64,000 nt of DNA from Chrysomallon squamiferum (Eukaryota; Animalia; Mollusca), in the NCBI GenBank assembly GCA_012295275.1, contig CM022679.1, forward strand, positions 11,594,001 to 11,658,000. The letters run 5' to 3'. Positions 1 through 14,600 of the stretch are shown in pieces; the first letter of the stretch is position 1; every line of letters begins with the position of its first letter. Under the pieces are notes generated by a model, which did not search any database, was not told where the DNA came from, and was given only the letters and a program-made list of their open reading frames with translations. Made by a program: the position numbers and the translations under genes.

Positions 1-70
1 TTATTTTCATTTACTAATTTTCTTGTTTACCCTTAATTTATTTATGTATTTTGTCAAATATTGTTTTCAG

Positions 71-1631
71 ATTCACCATGAAATGGCAAAGTATCATGAT
101 CTGGGACGTTTCAGTGTCAATGAGAATGATATTGACTGGGACTCTGCTCTGTACCATGAAGAACATGCTGCACAGCTTGGGGTGCTGGAAGCCATCTTGA
201 CAATGGCTCGCATTTACCTCAACCTACAGAGAGATGTTCTTAGCAGCTGCACTGTAGAGGTAATTAGCTTGCTTTGTCTTTATGGCCTTCAAATGTTGAA
301 TTATGATCATAATATCATGGACAATATTTGTATCAGAGGACTTTTTGGAAAGAATGTATCACATGATACGTATGTCAAAAACTGACTTCCAGATCTTATT
401 GATTAAAAGTCTAGTGACAGTAGCTAACATAGTTGTATTCCTAATTAGATTGGGATCTTATTGCTGTAAATGCTTCATTTCATTTCTTAGATGGTTAGTT
501 TATTGGTAATGATAATTTTTATCAGTTTATTTTTAATTAACAGGGTATACTAATGTAGTTTTATTTTCCTTTCTGAAGTAAAGAAAGAACTAGTTTATAA
601 TTATAGTCATTTTAAAAGTAACAGTTGTTTATAAAATGTTTACACAATTAAGAGAAAAATATGAAAACTTAGGTATGGAAACATAATTTATATTGTTACT
701 GGTTATAGACAACAACTGAGAACATTGACAGAGGTATTGATTACATGATAGAGGCTGCTGATGCTGGAGATCGTGGTGCAATGCTTTATTTAGCCAGAGC
801 CTTTGAATATGGAGAAAATCTGGGAAGCAAGAGGTACGTGTAACTTTAAAATAATCAGAACTTATCAGCATTAAGGACAGCTTCATGTTAAACAGATACA
901 AGATATAGATGACAAAAACTTAATTAAAAATAAAAGAAATACTTGCTTGGTCTTGTATCATAATTTAAAATGTAATAAAATTTGTTTTTATTGTTTTGCA
1001 TTTTAGAAGTATTTCCTGGTTAGATGCTTATCACTGGTATGAACGAGCCATTGAAACTAATGAGCATGATGAAGGAGGGGAGTATGATTCAACAATGGAG
1101 GATCCAACATGTACCCTGCAGGCCAAATTAGCTGAACTTACACTAAAGGGTGGCCATGGTCTTGATAGAGATCCAATGAAAGCAGGTTAGAAGTGTTCTC
1201 ATTTATTTATTTATTTTGAAGAATAAAAAATAAACATACTCTCTGCAAAAATTTGTTATTTCAAACTATGCATTATTTGTTGATGATATGTATTAAATGT
1301 TGCTTTAATGCAGCTAAAAGTTGATAGAGGATTTTTACAACATCAGTGATGATCTAATATCTGATAAAACAGTTTCAAATTTCATCATTAAACTGATAAA
1401 ATAACAAACGAGTGTTACCTGTTTTCAGGAGATCTGTATACCAAAGCTGCAGAATTGGCAACAGCAGCTATGAAGGGTCGACTGGCAAACAAATACTATA
1501 TGCTCGCTGAAGAAGCTTGGGCTGAAGTGGATGAAGAAGAAAGATGGAGAGAAGGATGGAGAGCTGGAAGGATAATCTGTGAGGATCAGCATCAACATAA
1601 TTACAACAGACATTATAGGAATTTGTATTGA
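71..1631 (+). CDS. EEF2K: Eukaryotic elongation factor 2 kinase, C-terminal SEL1-like repeat region (last 4 coding exons; gene starts before the window)
   Basis: Phase-compatible GT-AG exons 71-259, 709-833, 1007-1185 and 1429-1631. They give IHHEMAKYHDLGRF...GIDYMIEAADAGDRGAMLYLARAFEYG...LQAKLAELTLKGGHGLDRDPMKAGDLYTKAAELATAAMKGRLANKYYMLAEEAWAEV, matching the eEF2K C-terminus (GRLAN.YY..AEEAWA). Confidence 0.93.
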
Positions 1632-4600
1632 TAATGAAACAGAATTTTGTGAAAGCATCAGTATTTTTGGTTTTATTATTATTTTATTTTCATGTAACTT
1701 AGACTGACATGATAAGTTTTTCAATAGAAAGCAAGAATGATTTAAAGGAAGAAATATGGTAGGAAGACTGAGTTAATGCACTGAGAGCCTTTGTAAAACC
1801 AAAACAATTACTGTATGAAGTCATTTTACAGAACCAAAGATTTTTGAAGAAAATGTTGAAACTGTGAATATGAAGAAAATGTGTAGACTAATCTTTAAGT
1901 TTTGTGAAAGAAGACTGGAGATTAAATTCATGGGCATGAGTTGCCAAGTCCTGAAATCGTTTCATTGTTGTGGATTTCATCATGAGGATAAAGACTGAAT
2001 TATATCATGACTGACAATGATTTTCATATGCTTTGATGGTTATATTATTTGGCTGAATAGGGATTTGATGTGTGCCAAATATAATATAACTATAGATTTG
2101 GAATTTGATTTTGTTACCTGATACCAAATTATGAATTAACTTTGAAAAATGACTTCTAGGAATGATTTTTGTTTGTACTTTAATGCTTTGGAATTATGTT
2201 GATGCAATTCACTGAATAAACCAGTTTTCAAGATGGTCTCCATAGGCAGAGATAAAAATGAAAGATGTTTGCCAAGAATTATATCTTTCTGGAATTAAGT
2301 GGGCAGAAATTTGAAAGTTTTGCCACTGTTTGGTAAACATCTACCATATAATATCTTCAAGAAGCAGAATTAGCTTGAAAAATAGTATCATTTGGTTAGT
2401 GTTAATATTTCTAGTTCAATATTAAAAGTAATAATTTTGTTTGTTTTCATTAATATTTGATTGCAAATTTCAGTTACTTTTTGTTTACATTGGTGTTATA
2501 ATAAATGCTGCTTTTCTGGTTGTAGCTTTTTTCCCTTGTTTTTCTCCAAGTTTCATATTAACATTTTTAAAATGATGAGGTTTTAAATTGCTGTTTGTAG
2601 ATAAAATGTATAAATTTTGTGCAGCAACTTTAAGACAAAAATACAAAAAACAATTTAAAATTTAAAAAAAAAGTTGTTTTTATATTTGATTATTTTGGCA
2701 TATTTTTAGATGTTTTATGTTGAAACGAACATTATCTAGAATGTGCAGAAATCAATTAAATAAACAAATTAACCTCATGTTACAGACTAAAACTTCAATT
2801 AAAGTGACATTTTAAAATCATTTATTCCAATACCTAATTTGCTATCTCAGATTTCATAAAGTATTTCAACTATTGATGATTTTTAGTTTACAGTTTATAT
2901 TTTTGTAGTTATGCATTTCTAATTACTATATAATCTAAACATCAATAAGTAGTTACTAGTCATTATGAAATCTGTTTATTGAGAAAGAGTGACTCATAGT
3001 TAATGGTTTCATAATTATTGTTTAAATCTTTGCATTATGCTTGTCTGATATTATCAGCACTAAAAGGTGTTCAATGCAGCTAAGGCAACTGAAAGCATAA
3101 TGTGTCATATGTGTAACATACTTATATCAACATCGACATATTTCTAAATAATAATTATTTTGTATTTAATCAGGTTTTTACTTAAAGTGTAAGAAAACAT
3201 AATAAAAGCATAATGCTTTACATAATAAGTAAACATTAACTGCATAACATTATTTCTCTGTAATTAGTTTGGCAAATTAAAAAAACAAATTATTACAAGA
3301 TTATTATTATTATTATTATTATTATTATAATATTTAATCTATTATATAGCAATTATATGCAGATTTTTCATGAAAATATTTTTTTTTAATCATCTTGAAT
3401 GATAACTTCGTTTGATCTTGAAATCACAAGAGAGTATACATTTATTTAAAATGTAGCTAATTTAAAAAAAAAAAACCTGTAATGATCATGTTAAAGTAAA
3501 ACTGACTGATATTCAGCATAGGCTTAATTCTGTGATTATAGATAAAACCATTAACCAAAATCAATGCTTCCATTTCTAACTGACTATAATTGATTAACCA
3601 ACTCAGTTATTACATTCACTGTACAGCCATGTTGTTTATATTAATTAATGAAATGTTAAATCAGCCATATTTATTTTTCACTGATTATATATGGCAGCAC
3701 TGATGGGCATTTCATAATTTTTATTTTGTTTTATTCAAAATAATTATGTGTATAAAAAAGATGAATCAGCCTTGTGAAAAAACTGCCATTTTTCAAACCA
3801 TAAATAATTAAAAGTTACTTAGTATCCATTGATTTAGTTTAATTAAATAACAGTGATTTAGAAAACCAAATGGCTGTATATTTTATTAACTGAATTAGTA
3901 TGATTTAGTAATGCTGTCCTTTTCAAAAGCTGATGTCCCATTCCAACTGATCTCTTGTGTTATAAAACAAGACGGTTTCTAAAACTGTGATCATTTTGCC
4001 ATTTGAGGCAAATCTATTTCAAAATGATATCACTGATTTTTATTAGTATTGCATAATCACTTTTTAGCACTTGAATACTAATAGGCACTTTAATTTTTGT
4101 TTGTTCTGATCTTTGTTAAAATTTAGTAATAATTGATACTTAGTAAGATATTCATAATGAAGTCATCAGCGTATTTTTTATTTTAAATCTTAAAGTAGTA
4201 AAACTAAAACTTAAAATGTATTTATTAATCAATAGCAGAATGATGATCATATTACAAAAATATGATTTAATAAAAATAGTTTAAGAGTAAAATAGAAGCA
4301 CTGAGCTATAATTAGGTTTCACAAAAGATGAAATTATACCAAGTCAAAATCTCAGGTTATGTTTTACATGTGCATCCATTTTTAAAAAACCTTTTATCTA
4401 TTTTCATCAATGGTTCTTGTTTGATTGCTGTTTTTGTATGAATTCAGTTTGTTAATTTGTGTTTATGTATTATCTTTCCTAATGATCTCAGTAGCAGATA
4501 ATTTTCTTACATTTCTTATAATTTTCATGTTACCTCTGGATTTTATTACATAGACTTTTTTTTTAATTTCATTTCATAATTCTTGTTAAGATGGGTGGCA

Positions 4601-7600
4601 TTAGATAGTATTAATAAGTTTAACAAACAATCCATTTTTATTTATTAAGAACTATTTGTTTTTATATAATACATGGTTTGCATACTGACTCACAAAGTTT
4701 AAGTCTATGCTGCATCTTATGTTTTAGCTATTACTCTAAATACTACTTCATCACTGATTTTTTTTTTTTTTTTTCAATTTCAATTGATTAAAAGTACATA
4801 CATTGGAAACGCAAAACATTGAATGAAGCCATTTAAATATAATAGAATTTGTAATAAATTAATTTTAAATTTAAATAGATTAATTTCTACAAAAAAATGT
4901 ATTTAATAAAAAAAAAAATATTAAAAAATTAGTAGTTTTTTGTTTAATGTCAGGACATGTTTCATTTGATCACTTGACATTTTTATACAGATGTACATAG
5001 ACTTTGATATCCAAACATTTGATTGTTACATTGTTGATTTGTTAACATCTGTGGAAAAAGGGGATTTTGACCCAACTTTTTAATTTTTTTGTATTATGTT
5101 TATGCCTCAGTTTATTTAACGATTAAAACATTTTCAAATTTTTTTTTTTCTTCTAATGTTGGCCTTTGATCCACAGTGTCAGATTTGTTCATTCTGATTT
5201 AAGTGTTTGGTGTAATGTAGTTTTCCAAATTTTTTTAATGTAATGTTTGGTCACTGAAATGTCTGTGTTTTTTCAATTTTTTTTGTTACTAAAGCAGCAC
5301 TTGTTTATAAATATATATCCTTTATTTCATTTTCAGTTTGATGTGGTTAAACTAAATCCTGCAAATTTGGATTAGGTTTTGGTATCTTCTTGGTTTCCTT
5401 TTTCATTCTTGAGTACATTTTCTGAATATTGTTACTATTAAGTCCTCCAGAATTAAAAGAAATCCTTTTTTTTTTTTTTTTCTAGTAAAATGACAGCAAA
5501 ATTAATACAATAATAGTAATAATAGTAATAATAGCTGTCAATCAAACTTTTTCAAGTACTTGTGCTTTGAATCAGATATCATACGCACATTGTACATATT
5601 GTCTTTCTTACTGTTTTGTATAATACCATTGTAAATGTATTATTTTTAAATGTTTCTAGAAAGAAATTAAGAAGTTTGTAATTAAGAGTCTTGTTTTCAG
5701 ACATTAATGAATGGAATTAACCATTTCACAATGGGATATTTGATTTTCCTCTTTTATCAATATTTATGTTAAATGTGTATTTGAAATTTAAAAAAAAACA
5801 ATCATAACTTTGTGACAATGTCAGTGTACATTAGGATTTAGTATTACAGCACTGTTACGGAGGTATTTGTTTTTTTATGTCTTTGTAAGTTGCTGTTCTT
5901 TGCTGATTACAATATTGGGAATATCAAAGCCACATATCATTCTGGGGAAAAAACAATTTTAGGTGATGTTCAGCTCAATGAGTAAACAATTTTAAAACAG
6001 TTTGTATAATCCTGAAAAATAAATTAGATGACCAGAACTAATTGGTCCATATTTTTTAAACACTAAAATGTTTCACAGGTATTGGTTTACTAAAGTTTGC
6101 TATTTAAAGGATAGGCATAATTTCATTAATGTTATTTTAATTTCTTCGTTGTGAAGGTTTAATGACATTCATGATTATGAGGTTGGTAACTTGCATTTTT
6201 TCTTTTATTAATAAAACCATAAAATATGGAAAGGCCAAAGGAGATTAATAATTAAAAATACAGCTAATGCTTGTAATTATTATGCAAAATATTAAAATTT
6301 GATAATAAAATCTGTTTTGTATTTTTATAGATTTTTCTAATGTTATCAGTTGTTCTAAACATTATGTAAATATGTTTTCATTAGTCACTGCTGCAGATTG
6401 AAAAAAATATATATCTTTAAATTTTTCTTCAGATTAGACAGTTGCTAAAAACCTTTTTTGGGGTTTAAATATTTTAATACACGAGCAGTCACTGATTAAT
6501 GTTCTTATGTAAAAGTATTACCATTTGTAAATTAATGTTGGCTTGCAGTAGATATTTTATTTAATGTGCATGTACATTCCTGTTTGTGTTTTGCTTGAAT
6601 TGATGCGTATTGGTTGGTTGTGCTGTATTATCATTTATATTATAATTGTATATACAAATGTAATATAAAATGATAAAGTGAAACACATTTTAGTGTGTTG
6701 TCATTCTACATCTTGTGTACTGTTAAGTATTCATTTGTCAAGTAATCTCATGGTACAAAATGTGATCTATTTATTGGCTAATGCTTGCTAAATTTGTATC
6801 AAGCTAAATTGTTATAATTTTTTTGAAAGATATTTTTTTGCTGTTGTATTTGATATATACCAATTTTGCTTGTTTTTGTTGTTTTTTTGTCCTTTTTTTA
6901 AAAAATTTTTTTTTGGACTGTTTGGGAATGTCCTCATTTTTTATCACAGATTTTCTATGTCATATTTTAATTAAAGCTATGCTGATTTTTGAAAGTCAGA
7001 TAAGTCACAAAAATAACAGTTGCCATTATTAAAACATCTTGAAACAGTTTTTTTTTATAATGTATAAAAAAATTCATCTCTAACTTTTGTCTGACCCCAT
7101 TAATTTGTATTAAGGATAGTTCAGTAACTAATTTTCTTTTTTAAAGCTTGACTTTACAAAGTACAAGTGTACATATATATAAAATGATGTTTTCCTGCAG
7201 AAGAATGTATTCTTTTTCATTTTACAGATATGTGATACAGATAAAAACATTATCTAACAGTGATTATATTTGATTTACATGATAATTGGTTATAAATTCT
7301 GTGGAATTGTAATTTTTCTGATCGCTAAATGCTTCAAATAATGTGAAAATGAACAATTTAAATGGTCTGGAAATTTAAAAAATATATCACTGGTAAATTA
7401 GCCAATTTGATAAAGTATTCAAATGTTTCTAGCTTATTGTTCTCTATTGAAATGTTTGTTGTTTGTTATTATTATTATTAGCTTTAATTAAAACAATCAT
7501 AATATTGTCTCATGATAATAGAAAATGTATTAAAATGCCATGTATGGTTGAAATTGGGTGAAGAGAGAGGGTTTTATTAAGATTATTTAGAGAGAATATT

Positions 7601-9100
7601 TTCTTGCTTTCTGTAATGTTTTTACTTTGTGTTAAAGTTGTAATGTTTCTTATTTTGTACACTTTTAAAATTTTTGTTTTTGATTCATTGTAATGATAAA
7701 CAGTATTACAGACTCAAATTTCAGTTTCATTTTACTTTCATTTTTTTTTAAATTTAATCTATTTTTTGTTTCCATTTCAAATTCAGAATATGTTTTTACA
7801 GCATGATTAAATATGAAAAAAAATGTATCAGTTTATTATCACATTAAGTGATTTATTAATGAATGTTTTGAATTCAGAATAATCCTGAAAAGAATATAAA
7901 CTGGTTAAAAAGTTGACAATTCGTACTAAATTTAAATATTTACCATAATTAGATTATATCAGTTTAATACAGCAAGTAATATTTATTTTAATCATGTATT
8001 AAATTTATAATAGATTCCAGAAAAGAATGATAAAACATCTATGAAAACATTTAATTACAATCCATGAGAAACAACTGAAAAGCTGTAATAATTATACTTA
8101 GAATTTTGACCAAAATGGGTCAAATTTGTTAAATACATAATTTAAAAATCCATTTAAAGACACATGTAGAAAGATAGAGTGTAGTAACATACAATGTTTG
8201 TTTCAGGTTATTACTAATTAAGTTTTCCAGCAGTTTGTTTTTATTTCTTAGTGTGTATATATATTTTTTTATTATTATTTTTGTTTTGTTATTTTAATGG
8301 GCATTCAGATAAAAAAAAAAATATCATTATTTCTAATATTTTCATTTCTTGTCAGTTCATTAAAATTATTTTTTACACCCCTACCCTAGTATCTTAATTT
8401 AGATGGGAAGGAATTATTGATTAGTATAAGGTAAATAGTTTGATTTGGTACCTGCTATCAATTATTATTCTTTGCTTAAATTTGTGTGGTTTTCTGTTAA
8501 AAGCATGTTGCTTTTCATTATTGTGCATTAATTATGTACGTGTATAATACTACCTTTTTCAAAATGCTCACCAGTCTTTTTCTAATTTTTACTTTTTACA
8601 TTTTAATATGTTGTAATACATTTTGTGTTAATAAGGTGTTGAGGGTGCTTTGAAAATATGATGCCAAAGTCAATATTGCCAGTTTAAGCTAGTGATGATG
8701 AATTTGTGAAATTTCCTTGAATCCTGGTTTAAACAATACTTTCATTCCACCATAAGAATACATAAAATTTGCCTTAAATTAGATAAAATGATATAATAAA
8801 ACTGATGTGATTCTTCTGTTCAAACAAATGTCTTCAAACCAATGAAGCAACTTTATTTTTAAAAAAATGGCAATTATGAATACTTCACATGAAATGATTG
8901 TGTTGTTTAAACTAAAACTGATCATTGGGATTAATAGAAATATTTTTGTATACAAGTTTGATTAAAAGTAAGACATGATATACACAAGCACATTGCTCGA
9001 GTTCATCATCACTAAAACTCTGAAAGTTGATGATCACGGTCAACTGTTTAAACTGATTTGTTGGGTATGTTGATTAAAGTTTTATTCATTCAAAAAGATC
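1632..9100 (+). other. Probable long 3' UTR of EEF2K
   Basis: No credible ORF or obvious transposon. The + strand looks T-rich up to ~9.1 kb and A-rich after that. ATTAAA near 9074 is followed by a T-rich tract. The end point is inferred. Confidence 0.45.
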
Positions 9101-9733
9101 TTTGTTTTTTTTCTTATGTCACTAATGACTTTTTGTAAATCTTCTTAAGTGATTAATACAAACATATACTTGAAAATGTAGCCATACTTAAATCTATATA
9201 AAAAATTCATTTTTTTAAGACAACTATAGAATTCTTCCCAATTAGCAGCAGAAATCTTTTCACTTGTTATTTTCTGTGCATCAAAACAAATCGGTGTTTA
9301 ATACACGGTTAAAAACTTGTTAAAATAATGCAGTTTCAAATTAATTTTCTGCATCAGAGTAAGTTATTTATTGCTATAAAGACAAGGTAATTAACAAAAA
9401 AATAGTACAAATGTTTATTTCAATTAACACTGTTATACAAGCTAAGAATTACTTGAAATAAGTAACACTTTTTTGTTAAGACTGATACACAATTTGTATG
9501 TAATGCCATTGAGCTAAAACAAATATCAGCTGAGCCAAAAAAAAAATTGCACTAATTTTATTTAACACCTCAGATCTCAAAAACATTTTGAAACCTTCTA
9601 ATAAAAACTTACATGTTAAGTTACCAAGTTACTCTCTCTAATAGTTTCTACACTAGACATAAATCAAAATTAGTTACAGAAAACTGCATTTCCAACTGTC
9701 AATCAAGTTTTGCCTGGGAATGTTGATTGGCTG

Positions 9734-10464
9734 TATTAGGGTATAATTAGACAAAAATAGTGGGACCTGTCAGAAAGCGTGCCTGGTGCCTGTCGTAGAT
9801 GTGCTTCACAACAGCTTGCTCTGATTAGCACGTTAATGTTTATCAAGTTTCAAGTTTCAAGGGACTGGAAAAAAAAAGGAGAAAGTTTTCCTCATTTTAG
9901 TCTTGGTTTTCATTACATGACGTCCAAGTTTGGATACAGACTTAATTCAGAAAGGTTGGCATGGTGCAAGAACCATTAATGAATTTCCTTATATATCATC
10001 AGTAAAGAAAATGATAAAAACATTTGAAAGTACAGGATACACTAAGAGGAAAGTAGAAGGTAGTCAGCCGAAAACAGCATGTGCACAGGTGAATGCTGAA
10101 AATGTGAATGAAGCTCCCAGGAGAAAGTATATAAAGGTTGAATGGATAAGTTCACCGAGGAGAACTAAAACAAAAACCAATGAAACCTGGAAAAAAATCA
10201 ACCATGAGGATATTCTGATCTGCAGTTTGTCTTAGAGAAAGGAACTACTAGGAGTCTGCAGCTGAAGTAAATCAATGGTAAAATGACATTCTTACATTCT
10301 GGAAATGCAATTTTTAATAACAAATTTTGATTTTGGCCTTATGTAAAAACTAGTAGATGTTTTAATGTGATTTTAACTATATCCATGTCGTGTAATTGTG
10401 CAGAGAGTTTGAAGATATGAGGTATTAAAGTTCAGTACATTTTTTTTTTTTGGCCTGCCTAATA
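9734..10464 (+). mobile_element. Decayed, internally deleted Tc1/mariner-type DNA transposon
   Basis: ORF 9930-10235 contains SSVKKMIKTFESTGYTKRKVEGSQPKTACAQVNAENV, resembling the transposase HTH and GRPK/GRPR linker. Short inverted ends: TATTAGG at 9734 and CCTAATA at 10458-10464. Confidence 0.6.
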
Positions 10465-11699
10465 TAATTCTGTACTGCCAAAAATATAAAAATATTAAAA
10501 GGATAATTTGAAGGTTTTCTGAAAAAAACAAAAACAAATTCTTATTGAAATGAAAACAATCATAAACGATGCCAACAAAACTTTTTCATTTATGACATAA
10601 TTAACAGTTTAAAAACTTGATGATGAAGGGGTAAGAAAAAGAAGATGTAATTAGATAAAGGGACAGCCCAATGTGCATCCGTAACTTTAAACTGCACTAG
10701 TAACTTCCACCCTTTATCCTACTGCATACATTCACATATATACATTGTATATAGTATATACAAACTGCCATGGACATTTTGCTCATAAAAGGCAAATATG
10801 ACTTGTGAATTAATGGTCATCTGGTGCCTAATGGGTGGTTTTATCTTGATATTTATTTAAAATCCTATCAAACAACTAAATTGGTTAAATATTCTCATCC
10901 AAGAACAGCTAACATGAAAATATGCACCTCTGAATTTAAAAGATTTCAGATGGAATAAACATTCTTTTTTAACAATGCATTCTAGATATTTTTAATCTGC
11001 TGTTAAATGACAAATTGTTCATTTAAAAACATTGTGTAAGAACAATGGGTTTCAAGTAATGAAACAGTAAACCTACTGTCACAATGGGCTACTGTTTTTC
11101 AGTTAGCTGTAAGAATTCTCTCAAAAATTACTTTACCAAAGACAGAAGAGTACACTTTGATGAATGAGAATGGTTGAAGTAGCACCAAATACAGATTATG
11201 TGTCTAATCACATCATGCTGTTCTCTACCACTGAAGAAATCATGAATTAAAAATAAAATTATAAAAAAGGGGGAAAAAAATAAAAATAATAATAATAATA
11301 ACACTGTCAAATAATCAGTTGTTTCTGTCATGCTGGCTTATAAAGCAAAACATATTCTAACAACTGTTTGGAAAGAACAAAAAATAAAGCTGCACATTTG
11401 TATTGTATATGAAAATAATTAGAAAAGAACATTTTTGAAATATATAAGTAATTCAATTATATACATTACAGTATTTTTAACTTTACTGTAATTAGTATAA
11501 CGGAAACACATTAAATTTAACAAAATTCTTTAAACAGTTTTTTAAAAATTAAAAGTATTAATACAAAAATAAACAATTACCATCCTGTAAACAAGAAAAC
11601 AACAAAGAACAATATATTCAAAAACAACAAGCAGTTCGTTTTTGTTTTTGCTAAAGCCATTTTTACTATCCTCTAAATAGGACTGTTGATGCTCAGAAT

Positions 11700-14600
11700 T
11701 CATCTGAAACAGCAAAATAAAAATATTAAAAATATCTGTGCTTAATACAAACTGCCATTAATAAGGCCAAAAGGGGCTGTTATTTATATAATTTACTCAT
11801 TCACTAAATTTCTGTTTTAACAAAGCTTATGATTTACTCTTTAAAAATGATGTCAGTGGCAATTTTTTTTAAATCACTTTTTATTTTGAGTATGTCAATA
11901 TTAAATAGCTGTTAAGTAGCAAATAAAAGGTCTTAGTATGATGATGATGATGATGATAATAAAATATTGATTCTCCATGGTTTAGCCACATGGAATATTT
12001 GATATAATCATAACTTTTCCAAAATTTTCATACATAGCCCACAAATCCAAATTTCCAAAACCATTTCCAAGTAAACTCAATCATAACAAAGTGTTTTAAA
12101 CTTTTGCCTCGACTATGCTGCATGGTGTACAGGTAGGATTACTAGTAATAAAAAAATTAATGTAATTTATTTTGGCATTTTAAAATGCAGTTTTATTCTT
12201 AGTGTGGACATGACTATGATGATATTGCTTCACAAAAAGTGGTCTTGTTCCTTTCTTCTTATTCAGTTAATAAATACGTTTAAATTGCCCAAAATCAAGT
12301 TGGAGAAGACAGCTTATGTATGTAATCGTGTGCTTTATATATGAATTTTATTTTCAGTTTCAAATACTGTATCAGCAGCTTCTGTAAATAGGATGTGTTA
12401 CTACTGCATTTAGAAACTTGAACTGGTTGAAACAGTTGACTGTCGTTGAATTAAATCATTAATTATGTTGCATGTCAACGTATGCATGTTGATACCAATC
12501 AATTACACTGACCGCTTAGTGCTAGCACAACAAGTCTACTCTGCCAGTCTGACAGAAGTGTGCATCAAATATCACCTATTATTCATAACTAAAGAGATAT
12601 AAAAAACTGGAATACTGGAAACGAAATACAGTTGTTTTTAGCAATACATGCCTCCTGCATAACTGAGATGTGCAAAATGCCAAGTGACCCCAATAAATGC
12701 ATCATAGCTTTGCACAGTGGTTTTACAGACCGCTTGTGTTAAATGCATACATTTTTTCACAAGATTACTGAATATGGGAAAAATAAATTATACCAGTACT
12801 CTTTGTTTGGAATATTGGTGAAACAAACCAGTTTTTCGTGCATTTTATTTATGACAAAGACATAATTTTCAATAACTTTTCCATAGCTAGGGTAACAAAA
12901 CCTGATTTTCCAAATCTTTTAAGGTCCTGGAAAACACTTTTCCAAAACTTTCCAAAACACGCACAAACCCTGTATAACGTATACACATGTATCTTACCAT
13001 AAATTTTATAATGTCCACATTATGTAAATGTCATACTTTATTAAGCATAGATCTGCAACCATATAAAACATATTTAATTATAATAATGATCTCAAGACCC
13101 GAAATAATCTTTTATGAATGTAGTCCCAGTACCAAAAAGATTATGCTCTACCTTGTATTTCCTTTTTGTAGAAATCTTCCTGTAGCCTGCATCATTTGCT
13201 GCTGCATTATTTGTTGTAAATGTTGTGTCTGTGGATGTTCATATGGTGGGTTCTTTGGAGAGCTTGTTGGTACTTTGTTTGGTCCTCTACTAAACTGCTG
13301 CTGTTTACCATACTCTATTATGTCAGCTGATGGTGTAACCATAATGTCTTGCAGTGGCTTTGGAAAAGACATCTGTGGTCCAAAATGTCTGCCTTGTGCA
13401 CCATAACCTTCGTGGAATCTGTCTAAAGTATTGTCATGCCTGTGAGTTAATGCTCTTTTTGTTGGTACTGGATTTGGCTGTTCTGATTGGTGTGGTCGTT
13501 TGTGAGGTGCACTGCCATGACCATATTCTGTGACATTACCAAACAAACCAGGACCCTCATCAATGCCACAGGATATCTCTTTAAAGTCACGGATTCTGGA
13601 AGAAAAAAAAAAAATATATATATAGGCCAAAACTGAAAACAAATGTATTGTTTTCAAATAAGTGGCTTTCTGAGACAAACATAATTACACACTTATCCAA
13701 ACAAAAAGAAAAGAAAAAGAAATTTATTACATGATTACAATATTTATCTATATATGTGTGTGTGTGTGTGAGAGAGTGGGGGTGAATGACTAGTAGTAAC
13801 ACATTTTCCCCCACAACATGTTGTATCAGTTTTACTCCAAAATCTAAAGACAACCTTTTTAAAGAAAAAAGTCATAAATTACATATAGTCATAAGTTGTA
13901 AGGAATTTTAACTTACTGTTTTTCAACATCTGTATTTTCTTGAAACTGGTCACCACTTCTAAAATTACCCATGGAAGGTACTTTCTGGCCTTTTGTATTT
14001 GATCCAGGCAAATTAAATCTGGTCATATCCCTGTTTCGAAGCAATCTTTCTCTTTCAGGTCTTGTGTCTTCAAAAATCTTTCGTTCCATTCTGTTTCCAC
14101 CTATTCTCTCTCTATTATATCTGTCATGGACTAACATTTCATCTCTGGCACCAAGGATTTCTGTGTCAGACATATCTTGCTTTGGTACATCAAACTGTGA
14201 TCGACTCCTTTTTCTTGGCTGATCCAAGTCTGATATTTTGTGGCTGACAATCTCATGTTCAGTCTGATTTTTATCTCTCCTGTAATAAAATAAGATCTTG
14301 TTGTGGCTATTATCTTAAACTTCCAAGAAAATTATTTTTATTAAATTTAATTGCAAATCAAATACATGTTTCAATTCACATTGAACATATATCCTTCATA
14401 CCAAATAAAAAACATTATTAAACAATTGCTGTTTAACAAAAATCTTTTTTTTTTTAACAGTTCAAATTATATAACTCAGTCTGTACCATAGAGTATATAC
14501 ATTCTATTATTTTTCTTGCTGTATTTTATTTTTTACCACTGGCAGTCAGTTTTTTTCTTTTATATTTTTCTAAATTAGGAAGAAATATGACATAAACCAA

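Noticed and set aside
12987-13406. Cys-rich 139-aa ORF on the + strand (CIICCCIICCKCCVCGC), superficially metallothionein- or keratin-associated-like
   Set aside because: It is the antisense shadow of the Gln-rich exon 13595-13152: CAA/CAG/CAT runs read as TGC/TGT on the other strand.
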